DNA of 63,158 nucleotides, the filler included, from Hausera hauseri (lineage: Eukaryota): NCBI GenBank assembly GCA_046269625.1. It is 11 parts of 11 records of this genome, joined end to end, with 100 filler letters (N's around TTAATTAATTAA, not from the genome) between each part and the next. Parts side by side here need not be neighbours in the genome. Positions count along the whole stretch, not along the records: positions 33,510 to 42,074 come from JBJURY010598777.1; positions 42,175 to 48,178 come from JBJURY010155088.1; 9 more parts are not named here. The stretch is one strand, 5' to 3'. The notes under the pieces are model-generated. The model was not told where the DNA came from. It was given only the letters and a program-made list of their open reading frames with translations, and ran no database searches. Made by a program: the position numbers and the translations under genes. Within the stretch, counting starts at the first letter, position 1. Every line of letters starts with the position of its first letter. Of this stretch, positions 37,336 through 48,278 are shown one piece after another.

Positions 37336-38350
37336 ATGCTTTCATAAGCATGCCTAAACACGAAGAAGATGACCTAAACCACCTTCAGCACCCTAAAGAA
37401 ACCGAACATGAACAGAAAATATGAACTTTCCAGGACACAACTTACTCCCACATGCAAAAAAAACATGAAGAAGACAACTTAAACCACTTCCAGCACCCTT
37501 ATGATACCTAACCTTGACAAAAAATATGACCGTTCCGTGACACAATATACCCCTAAACACTTGCCTAAGAGTTAAGAAGACGACCTAATCCACATCCAAT
37601 ACCCTTATGATACCAAACCTTGACAGAAAATATGCCCCTACTATGACACAACATACCCCTAAACACATACCCCTAAGAGTGAAGAAGACCTAATCCACAT
37701 CCAGTACCCTTATGATACCTAACCTTGACAAAATATATGACCCTTCCATGACACAGCTTGCCCTCATAAGCCTGAATAAATATGAAGAAGACGACTTAAA
37801 CTACCTCTAGCACCCTTATGATATCTAACCTTAACAGAAAATATGACCCTTCCATGACACAACTTGCTCCCACAAGCATGGATAACGATGAAGGAGACGA
37901 CCTTAACCACCCTCAGCACCTTATGATACCCAATCATAGCAGAAAACTTGCCGACATATGCTCTCATTAGCATGCACAAGAATAAAGAAGACGACCTAAA
38001 CCACCCCCTGGCCCCTTATGAACCCAACCTTAACAGTACATATGAACCCCACCGACATAAAAATTTGCTGACACATGCATAAACATGAGGAGGGTGACTT
38101 AAACCACCTCCAGCACCCTTATGATACCTAACATTAACAGACAATATGCCCTTCCATGACCCAACTTGCGCCCATACGCAATGGATAACGATGAAGAAAA
38201 CGACCTAAACTACCTCCAGGACCCTTAAGAAAACCAACCTTAACAGAAAATATGACCCTTCCGTGACCCAAAAGGCTCCTATACTCTAGTCTAAGAACGA
38301 AAAAGACGCCCTAAACCTTTTTCAGCATCCTTATAATACCCAACGTTCAG
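37335..38350. repeat. Tandem satellite, ~115-120-bp unit, about 8-9 diverged copies
   Basis: Recurrent GAAGACGACCTAAACCAC..CAGCACCCTTATGATACCTAACCTT..AAAATATGACCCTTCCATGACACAAC. Confidence 0.9.
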
Positions 38351-40707
38351 TGAAAATATAACCCCCCACCCCCTCCCCCAACAACATTACCCCTTATACA
38401 ACATGGCACATGACGATATCTAGACCTAACACGCCACCAAACACACCTCATCACCCCTCCTCCTGAGAAACAATAAGCTAAGCCTGGATGTGTCGGAAGG
38501 TCTTGGTCACTAATAACCCTAACAATTCTACCCCTTATACGACACAGCACCTGATGCTACCTACACATAACACCTCACCCCGCTCCATCACCCCTTACTC
38601 TACATAAGAAAAAGAAACTACAGAAATAATTATATTACGTCATCAAGACGATGACTTCACCAAAAAAGAATAATGATGATGGTGTATACATCATTAACTA
38701 CATATATAATGTCATCAACAACGATGACGGGGTATCTAACTACAGAAATATCTATATAAATATTTACTTACTTAAATATATCTAATGGGGGTGACGGTAG
38801 GTCTTGATCACTAAAAATAATAAAGCCTTATAAGGTACACGATAACACCACTACGCCTGTCCCATCGCTCCTACCATCACCCCGCCCTAGGGAAACTATA
38901 CTTAGAAAGGGCCCTATAAGGGGCAGCATGTCATAGCTCCATATAACCTTACTGTTGGTGATGATAATACTTCGCTATATGGGCCAATTTGCACCACCTA
39001 CAAATACTTTGCTCTATACGTCAATTGCACCAACTACGAAATGCGGCTCAAAGCGCGCACCTAAACTATTAACGTGTAAATAAGAATCATGAATAAAAAT
39101 CATGTTTTCATATCCTTTTAAAAACTGTTTTTCCGTTTAATTGTTTGCTTAATTTTGTGTTCATTTGTTCATGTGTATGTTTTTTTTTTTTCATTTTTAA
39201 TGTCAAAAATGCATGATTTAAGGTAATTACATTATTTCACAATCACAGTACATTCAAAGTTGTTAATAATATACATTAACTCGAACCACAGTTTTTTTTT
39301 AAAATCCAATACCATATACACACAACAAATAAACATACAGACATGCATAGTACACCTATTTCTGAGACCTGTTAATCAGCATCACTGTGAAACGTATGTC
39401 GTCATGTCGGCTGTTTACTCACTTCCAAGCCATTCACGCAAACCATCCAGGCACTTCATCCGCTGTCATTCACAACTACTATTTCCTGGAACTTTGCCTG
39501 TTGTAATCAAGTTCTTCAGACCTTTAAGAAGTGAACAAGGCCGATCAGAGATGTTTGTCTTTTTATGATCTTACTGATACGCGTTTTTTTTTTTTTTTGT
39601 GTGGATCAGCTTAATGTAAAACACCTTCATTTGTTCTCTTGATCTGTATTCACTTTTAATTCTGAATATGAATTGTGACAACAGTTATTGTGGTACAACT
39701 GAAGCTCTGTTGCTCTTTTATTGTGGCTTCCGCCAATCCAGTCTGTGCACCTCCGATTGCTTCCAATCTCAATAGATCTGACCTGGGTGCCTTCTCACTT
39801 TGTGACCACAATAGCCAACAACATAAACTACTCTACCACTGAAAAAAAACAGGAGCTGTAAGACAATCAACTTTAATACTAATACAGCATTACAAGCAAA
39901 CATGAATGCAATATCCATAACAACAATCCTTTATACGAAAGATACATGCACCATCACATTCATACTATATGCATCCATTCAGATCTTAAGTTCATTAATC
40001 TACGACAGTTCGTTCTACTCTTTTCTATTTCTCCAATCTCTACTCCCTTTGAAACTATCACTGTCTGTATGGCAACTAGCCAGGTGGAAAAGAAGACAGT
40101 CCCCAGAGTTCTAGCCACAGAGATCCGTACAGGGGTAACCTAGTCAATAACTGGTGGTTCTTCAGTTTATAACCATACTAGTTAGTCCATCAAGGTTAAA
40201 TATAGTTATCGTAAGAGTCCAGTGAGTACATCCACACAGTGTCAGTTTGTACGGTTCACACAGAATCAAATTGCTGTCCAATAATGTGAATATGTGTGAG
40301 TGTGTGTACGTGTGTGTACATGTGTGTATGTGACTGCAGCAGGATTAATGAACAATGCTAGCAACTGAATGATGTATTAATCTCAGGATATGCTCATTAA
40401 TATTGTATTGTTTGTCTTTCTAACTAGGTTAGGATTTGTCACTGATATTTGTTTACACGTGAATCTTTTTATGTCAATGTAATCAATTACGTATGGATGT
40501 GTGACATGTTGAAAGTGTGTAAGACAGGAAGGGCGCTATTTAAGACGGGCCTGCGTGCCCAATTCTCATCCCTTTGAAAATAAAGTTTATTATTATTATA
40601 TGCAAGTTACACACAGAGTAAAATGGTTGGCTTCCCAGCTTGTGGAAGCATCACTATAACATCAGCATACCAAGCTCACACAGAATTAGATAGCTAAAAT
40701 ATAATTC

Positions 40708-41380
40708 CATCATCATCATCACGTGACACGCTGTGAAGCGTAGGCCGTCATTGATCTCCATCTCTCACGATGCCTGGTGTCTCCAATCTCTGCTGTTGAA
40801 TCACTTCAAAGCCATTCACGCAAACCTCACAGACACTTCATTCTCTGTTGTCTACTACCGCTATTTCCTGGTATTTCCTGATACGCGTTCTTTCTGTGTT
40901 TGCTTCGTGTAAAACCTTATCGTTTGTTCTCTTTGCTGTCCACGGGATTTTCAATATTCTTCTGAGAAACCACATCCCCGTTGACTTCAAAGAATTTTCC
41001 AGTTTCTTACTCAATGTCCATGTAAATCTCCATAACAAACTTAGGAATTACAGACAGTAGTTTCCAGTTGCCTTCCGTCTGATCATCTATGCACTTCTGC
41101 TAGGGCAGCAGGGGTTTGGAATCGGAGTTTTCCTTTTCCTGGAGGAGTAGCCTCTGGTGGCTAATGAGCGTCATCGACCCGAAGCATCTGATTTTAAGGC
41201 GTCAGAGATTCGCCATTTGCCCCTTCTCCTGTCAGTGTAAACAGTTCCGCGTGAAGGCCAGGAGTTGGACTTGGTTGTTTTGATGCTACAACTTGCACCG
41301 ACCATATGAGAGTATTTAGTGAGTAACTACTGAGAGCTTATCCTCAGTACCCGCTCCCGACCATGAGAACCCTTTCGAAA
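40708..41380 (-). mobile_element. RTE-clade LINE remnant (internally deleted)
   Basis: WTLSKKLE..MWFLRRILKIPWTAKRTNDKVL and a (TGA)n tail near 40708-40720. Confidence 0.75.
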
Positions 41381-42174
41381 CACCTTAATGTATGTATATG
41401 TATAATGCCAACATACAATGGTTCACACAGAGGTAACATGGTTGGCTCCCCAGCTTTTGGAAGCATTAATATAACATCAGCATAAAATGTCCACACAGAG
41501 ATCAAATTGCTGGAATATAATGTCAGACTTCTCTTACAATTAAATTATTTAGTGATAATTCTAAATTGGCTGCCTTGTTTACGAGTCATTTCTTCCGAGT
41601 GATGGACAATTATTCATTTTATTAAACTGTTAACTGGGCATGGAAACACTAGTTTTGTTCTGCTTGAATTGTCACCATGTCTATACCACAGGATGCCATT
41701 TTGCCGCCCTCTGACTTTTTGCAACCGCTGACAAGCCTGCTCAGCTTGGGCGATTTAAATCTGATGGCGGGAGGGGATACGTTGTGATTTGGGGCGGGGG
41801 AAGTTCTACGACATTATGTCAGTTTATTTCTGTGAATGGAGGCGAAAAAAATAAGGGCTATATAGTAAACCGGAACTAGCATCACCACATCGAATTATTT
41901 TCGATGACTTTTGTAACATAACACAAGATGGCGTCTATAATCCCGTCAAATATAGAAGGCTTAGAATTTAATGTATGAATCTGTGAGCTGGAGAGGGGTG
42001 AATGTGGAGTGGTTGTGGATTGGTTATCGTTAGAAAACCGGGGTAACAAAAAAAAAAACCCCGACCGCACGCCANNNNNNNNNNNNNNNNNNNNNNNNNN
42101 NNNNNNNNNNNNNNNNNNTTAATTAATTAANNNNNNNNNNNNNNNNNNNNNNNNNNNNNNNNNNNNNNNNNNNN

Positions 42175-45097
42175 TTTGGCTTTGGAAAGGCCAAGATTTC
42201 CACAGTTTTCAGACCTTCACGAAGGCGATCAAATTGGTTTACTAGATCGGGCGTCCAATGGATTAATTGTCTTTTCGTCCCGGATGAGAGGTGTGCGAAG
42301 GGTGCCGTTAGTTTGGAGCAGTATGACACGTATTTGTGTATTAAATACAATGCCCCTAGACAACTCCTCATATCGGTAGTAGTAATTGGCAACGTCACAT
42401 TTTTTAATTGTTGTAAGCGATCAGGCTGGGGCAAATGCCCTTCGAGAGTAATTATGTGGCCTAAGAAGTTGACGCGTTTCTGGAAGAAATTGCATTTGAC
42501 GAAATTAATTTGCAGGTTGCTTTGATGCAATCTGTGGAAGATAATTCTAAGGTGCTGATGATGTTTTTTGATGGAGCTGAAAGCGACTAATATGTCATCT
42601 ATGTATTGCTGAGCAAAATCAAGACCAGAAAGAACGGTGTCAATGTGGCGCTGATAGGTCTGGTATGCACTACGTAGGCCAAAAGGCATGAAGATGTATT
42701 TATGAAGACCAAATGACGTGATGACAGAAGTTTTTGGAATGTCATCAGGGGCAACAGTAATTTGATAGTAGGCTTTGTGCAATAGGTATTGGTGTTGTTG
42801 AGGCTATGAAAAATATCTTTAATGAGTGGCAGTGGATAGGCATCTGTAATAGTTAGATTGTTTAATTGTCGATAGTCGCCACATGGCCTATAGGTACCAT
42901 TTTTCTTTACCACTACATGAAGAGAAGCCCACGGTGAATTCGATCTCCGAATGATGCCAGACATTTCCAGTTTATTAAATTCCTGTTCCACAGTTTTACG
43001 TCGGCGTGGCGACAAAGGTCTGACCTTTTGTTTGATGGGCCTCTGATGCTCTGTTACTATGTGACAATAAGTTGTTGATGGAGGCTTGAAGTTGACGTCC
43101 CTTTTAACTATGCGAAAGCAAGACGTGACGTATGATTTAAGATTGGAGTCTAGAGACAAGAATGAATGAGGTATATCATTAGAGAGAACAGCTCCAGTGA
43201 TTGACGAAAAGCAACTGGTATCGCTACTATCGGTGCCTAATTTGGATTTTTGTTTTAGAATAGATTTATAATTGTCGTTCATAACTGAAATATTACCGAC
43301 TTTGTCGGAAGTTTTTTTTATAGTTGACGAAGCATTCAACATGTTCACAGATAAATGCAACGAATTGCTCGCTAAGTTGTCTACGAGACATGTTTGGAGT
43401 TCCAATCGAGTTCCTGCTTAAAAGACAGCTGTATTTGAAATCGGCCAATAGATCATATGCGGCAAGAAAATTTGAGCCTATTAGGGGAGGTTTAATGTTG
43501 GCCACGTGAAACTTCCAGACAAACTTATCTGGCAAGTTGGCGAAAGTGAAAGTCTGTTCCGTGGTTCCTGTAATATCCAACGGTTGACCACTGGCAGTGA
43601 AAAGCGGTGGACAGGAAATCGTAGTCGATGTAGGAACGAAGGACAAGTGAAAGAGCGAAAAGGCAGCTCCTGAGTCTATAAAGAAGTCAATATGTGAAGT
43701 ATCTCTGCATAACAGTACAACTTTCAACAGAAAGACTGCAGAGGCGGTGTTGAAACGGCTTGAAGATTGAGCGATATTGCCTGTGCCAGAATGTGCCTTA
43801 AAATCTGGCGGCATTATTAGTTTTTGAAGGTTTTGGAGAAAAGGAAGAAGAGGAAGAAAAGCGAGGAGATTTATCGTTGTAATGTTTACAACCAGGCACG
43901 CATGATCTAACCTGTGACTGGAAATTATTATGGTAGACACAAATAGGGTTGTCCACAGCGTACCGTTCGCTGTAGAACCGACAACCCAAAAAGCACTTCC
44001 TAGTATCCCTTCGAAATCGCATGTGATAGAAACAAGTCATGCGTCCGCCAGGTGAAATGGATCAGGCAGTGTCTGGAAATGCTTCTCTCCATTGAAGGTC
44101 TGGTTTCACTTCGTCGAGGCCCATTAAGATTATTGAGTTGGGTAGTAATGGCCGAAATTGACTGCTGTAACTTTTCAAACTGTTGCTGCATCATTTGCAA
44201 TTGTTCAGTAAAAATGTTGTGTCTGTAGTTGGAGCACAAGTGGTTGCAGCCGCAATAGGAAGAGAACTGTTGGTATGAAGAATCTCAAAGGATTTGTCAG
44301 CCATTATTGCCAGTTTTTCCATAGCAGTGGACTCGTCGACAACGGTAAGTAAAGCTCTGTTTGAGGTGGGCAAATACGATGAGAAATAACGGCGAATTAA
44401 ATCCGCGTTATTCGTAGGTGTCACTCCTAGCGCGCTGAGCCTCATAATGGCCGTTTGGAGAAAGTCGGATGGCTTTTGGCTTCCTATCGTGTGGTCATTA
44501 AAGTACTTTTGTATTATATTGTCAATCGAAGGATCCGTGATATGCAGTACAGCTTCACAGAGTGTCTCGTAAGGTGTCGAGGATTGTAGCAGCTCGGAGA
44601 TATTATTAATCTGCTGCTTGACGTTGGCAGGGAGAATTAAGAGGCTATTGGCTCGCACAAAAGAATCAGTAATGTTGTTCGATTTTAGCCACTGTTGGTG
44701 GAATTGGAGCCATGGTTTGCTGGAGTTGTTTCTGTCGAAGAAAAGTTCCACACAAGGTAAATTTAATGACCCGCGTGACTGTTGGGAATGTGGCAAACGA
44801 TAGACGTTGTGTATTTGTGGATTTATCATCCGAGAAGGATGGGTTTGAGTCCGATCCACCCCGAAGTCGAAAATGGAGCACCAGGTGAATGATGGGACGT
44901 TCATGGCATGTGAAAAGCAAAAGGGAGTCGGAAGGATGTATTATAAGTTCTTGATATGTGAAATAGAAATCAGAAGTGTTATATGATGAGGACAAAGCGT
45001 TATGTAAGAACTGTGATGTCTTGTTGAGTAGAGCTTTTAAGGTTGTAATGTGTTTATTGTAGCTAAAGACCAGGAAAGATAAATGTAATGAGGTCAT
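42175..45097 (-). mobile_element. Decayed CsRN1-like Ty3/Gypsy element: ubiquitin-like domain - Gag - protease - RT (truncated by contig end)
   Basis: Gag KLP..PYETL..IGSQKPSDFL..LP..LAIMADK; two C-x2-H-x9-C-x3-C motifs; protease FFIDSGA; [31 protein letters not shown]. Several frameshifts. Confidence 0.93.
44855..45097 (-). other. Ubiquitin-like domain upstream of the Gypsy Gag
   Basis: 81 aa from ATG 45097: SFLVFSY..ITTLKA..TSQFLHNAL..DFYFTYQ..HPSDSL..IIHLVLHFRLRGG. Compare the ubiquitin tail LHLVLRLRGG. Confidence 0.8.
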
Positions 45098-45583
45098 CCC
45101 AGTGGAACGATGAAATGCACTGAAGGCTTGGGCGGTTACCTTTTTGGTCAAGAAGCGGTTTGAGCGTACAGCCGGGATAGCGGTGGCAAGTATTGATTGT
45201 GATGAAAGAATATCCAAGGTTTTTGAGCTTAAAAGGTTTTCAAAATTGACATTGGTGTTGGCTATCAAAGATTTGTGAGAGCGCAAAAAATGGCCGCACT
45301 GGTGGGCGCAAACAAGTGAAAAAAACTTTACCCACCTGTGTCCGAATGTGGTTTCGTGGAACGCAGTGACAACATCTTTATTGTGACCAACATGGAATGA
45401 TTGCGCTAAACTGAAATGGGCACCGTGTGAACTGATCTGTCTTTGCGGTAAAAGGATATCAGTGTCGGCAATGTCGGAAGATATTGGTTGATCCAGGCCT
45501 TTCTGACATCCTCCATCGTTAGTCATTCTGCCTTGAACATCGAAAACTGGAGTAGGTCTTTAACTCATAGCTTCTGTGCTTAA

Positions 45584-46565
45584 TTATTGTACAATTCGAA
45601 TAAGACTTAGTGACATAAGATTCAATAGATCAAAGGACGAAGGACAAATTTCGATAAACCGATTAATATATGCGTCTTGAGGCATCAACAATGATCGATC
45701 AATCATTTCTAAAATTGGTCTTACAGTGCCGAAAACTCGAGGATCTAGCAGAACTGTAGCATCGTCTGAGGTTTTATCAAGGATTTTAAGCCATGCCTTA
45801 TTGGGCTGTTCAAAATACCTCATAATTAATTCCTCTTGGTACTGATCGTTTTCAATGTCCGCCAAAATTTCCGAGACTTGCTTATAGAACGTCACAATTA
45901 GGGACGAATTGAGGTTCGTTAGTCGAGAATCGATATTATTAAAGAGTTCCATAAATGCTGCTTTTGTAGTTTTATGCCTTTGATGTCGGTTTATGGCTTC
46001 GAGCATCAGAGAATGTCTATGTACATATATTTCCCTGCATTCCAAACCACCATAAAACGCAGGAGATATGGGGGAATTCCGGTGAGTAATAGGTATAACG
46101 ATGTGTTCTTTCGATAAAAATTGTTGAACTATGTCCGGAAGCTTATGAGACGAAGATTTTGAATAATCACACACATAAGATATGTTAAGCCATGGTGAGT
46201 TCTTTGGCGGAGGATGCGAGCTTTTACTGTCGGACTCATTAAATAATCCAAGTTTTTTATTCGTTATAGGACTACTGTTATTAATAGTTTCGGGAGTAGG
46301 ACATGCACTCAATTGAAATGACACAATCGTCTCATTCGTGCTGTTGGTTAGTGAATTTGTTGTTGATTCGCCCTTAATACTTGGTAAAACATTTTTGTCA
46401 CTGTCTATTTTGGACTTCGTTATTCGATCATTCTCGACTTCACTCTATTTTTTAACGTCACTTATAACCTGTGAATTCTTTTTCGGCCTACCTCTGGGCG
46501 TTTTTGTATGTACAGTTTTAGTATTTAAATGCTTCGGTGCTTTGGATAAGGACTCGGGTTCTATC
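45584..46565 (-). pseudogene. Fragment of an unidentified nuclear-protein gene with an AT-hook
   Basis: TPRGRPKK near 46480-46500 is in frame, across one TAG, with ORF 45584..46324. Confidence 0.45.
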
Positions 46566-46689
46566 TTTTTATATTACAAGCTTTATCAGTAAAATCCGCT
46601 TTTGAGCATTTCAATCTTGTTGAAAAGCTATCACTTTCTTTCAATTTGCAGCACCTCAACTTTGGTCCATAAGTAACGTTGTTTAAGGC

Positions 46690-48178
46690 TTCTGTGACTT
46701 GGCAAAATCCTTCTTCAATAATATTGACAACAGTTTTGAAAAAGGGCGACTCGGTGAGCAGTTGTGTTATTATAAAGAAACCAGTATCGTATTGACACCA
46801 AGTCAATTTCCCTTTGGTACCCTTGCTGCTGCCGGCTTGTACAAGAAACAAATCGACACTTTTGTAACACAATTTCAAAAATAATTCAGCAATCTCGAAT
46901 TTTTCCTCTGTTTCTATAGGTTCTCAGGGAATGTTTTAGAAAACAGACTCCATCACCATTTGGATGACCTCAGTCAGACTGTCGACAGACGGATGCATTG
47001 ATGGTAAAGAGACCATTGACGTATTGAATTGGTCACCGGGTTGACCATGCAAATCCACGTGTATTATGTCACGAACAAGATGTGGAGTAACGGACAAGAG
47101 GAAGTTAATAAATGCTCTGGTAATTGAGTACTCTTCAGACCGCGGTTCCACAACTTCACGTTCTATCTGAGTACTTGAATTCGAATATTCAGATGAATTG
47201 GCGATGAATTTGCAGGACTACAGAGCATTCCAAATAAATCTTACATCCTCAGGTTGCTAACAGAACACAGACAGACAATTCAACAGTTCAGCTTTCAGAA
47301 TTTCAGGCACTCAATATAATAACAACAGAATCATATTAGATGAGAGCATCAAAGAGTCATTGTTCATCATCGATGAGCAAACATCAGGATTTATCTTCGT
47401 AACTTGACGTATTAACTTCAACACGGCCAGAAGGCCATTTAATTCGGCTGCAGGCATTGTTTTATGAGGAGATTGCCAGTAATACGAAGACATTAGGAAA
47501 TTGGCATGTTTTTGAATGTTAGATGAGAACCAATCTCATGTAATCATTTTCGTAGTTCGAGAACGCATGTGATTATTGTTCAATAGACAATAAATGATAC
47601 GAGCAATTGACGCATTGCAACATAACCCCCGAAGCATCGATACGTAATTAACAAATATCTCAGGATTCTCCACAAGATCTTCCGAGTCCCAAATGAATTT
47701 GAAAAGCAGTGCATTCTTATATGATGTCCGACGATTAACGTTCCAATCACCAAAATTCTCGTAAATCGGATAGAGTCCTAATGATTCTGATGCAGACACA
47801 TCTGATGTTTACCAGTATTCCATTGCCAATGACGATATAAATGGCGACATATTCATACAGTTAAATGCCTCTGTGTCACAATACAGATGCTCGATGACCT
47901 ATAACAAGGATGTAAAATAAGATCCATTCATTTTCCCTCGAAATTACTCAGCTCGCAGTTCTTGCATAAATTTCGGCATATAGACGATAAAATCTGTCAC
48001 AAGATTATGAACACATGTCAATCACATGTTTATTTCATAAAATTTGTCCACCGTCGCAATTTCAATTAGAAACTGAAAACATTCGAACAGATTCTGAACA
48101 TCAAGACTGGCAATATCGTAGTCATTGAAATCGTCATAATCTCCGAAACTCAATGAACGCTGATAACCGAAACTTATG
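46690..48178 (-). pseudogene. NUP205: Nucleoporin NUP205 internal fragment with stops and frameshifts
   Basis: HNLVTDFIVYMP, YVSMLRGL, ELNGLLAVLKL, LKAELLNCL, EPRSEEYSITRAF and QLLTESPFF match NUP205 blocks in the expected order. Confidence 0.82.
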
Positions 48179-48278
48179 NNNNNNNNNNNNNNNNNNNNNN
48201 NNNNNNNNNNNNNNNNNNNNNNTTAATTAATTAANNNNNNNNNNNNNNNNNNNNNNNNNNNNNNNNNNNNNNNNNNNN

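Noticed and set aside
46690-48178. Stop-codon reassignment suggested by in-frame stops in NUP205
   Set aside because: Both TGA and TAG occur at unrelated residues alongside frameshifts, and the 2061-codon BEL ORF reads cleanly in the standard code. This is ordinary decay.
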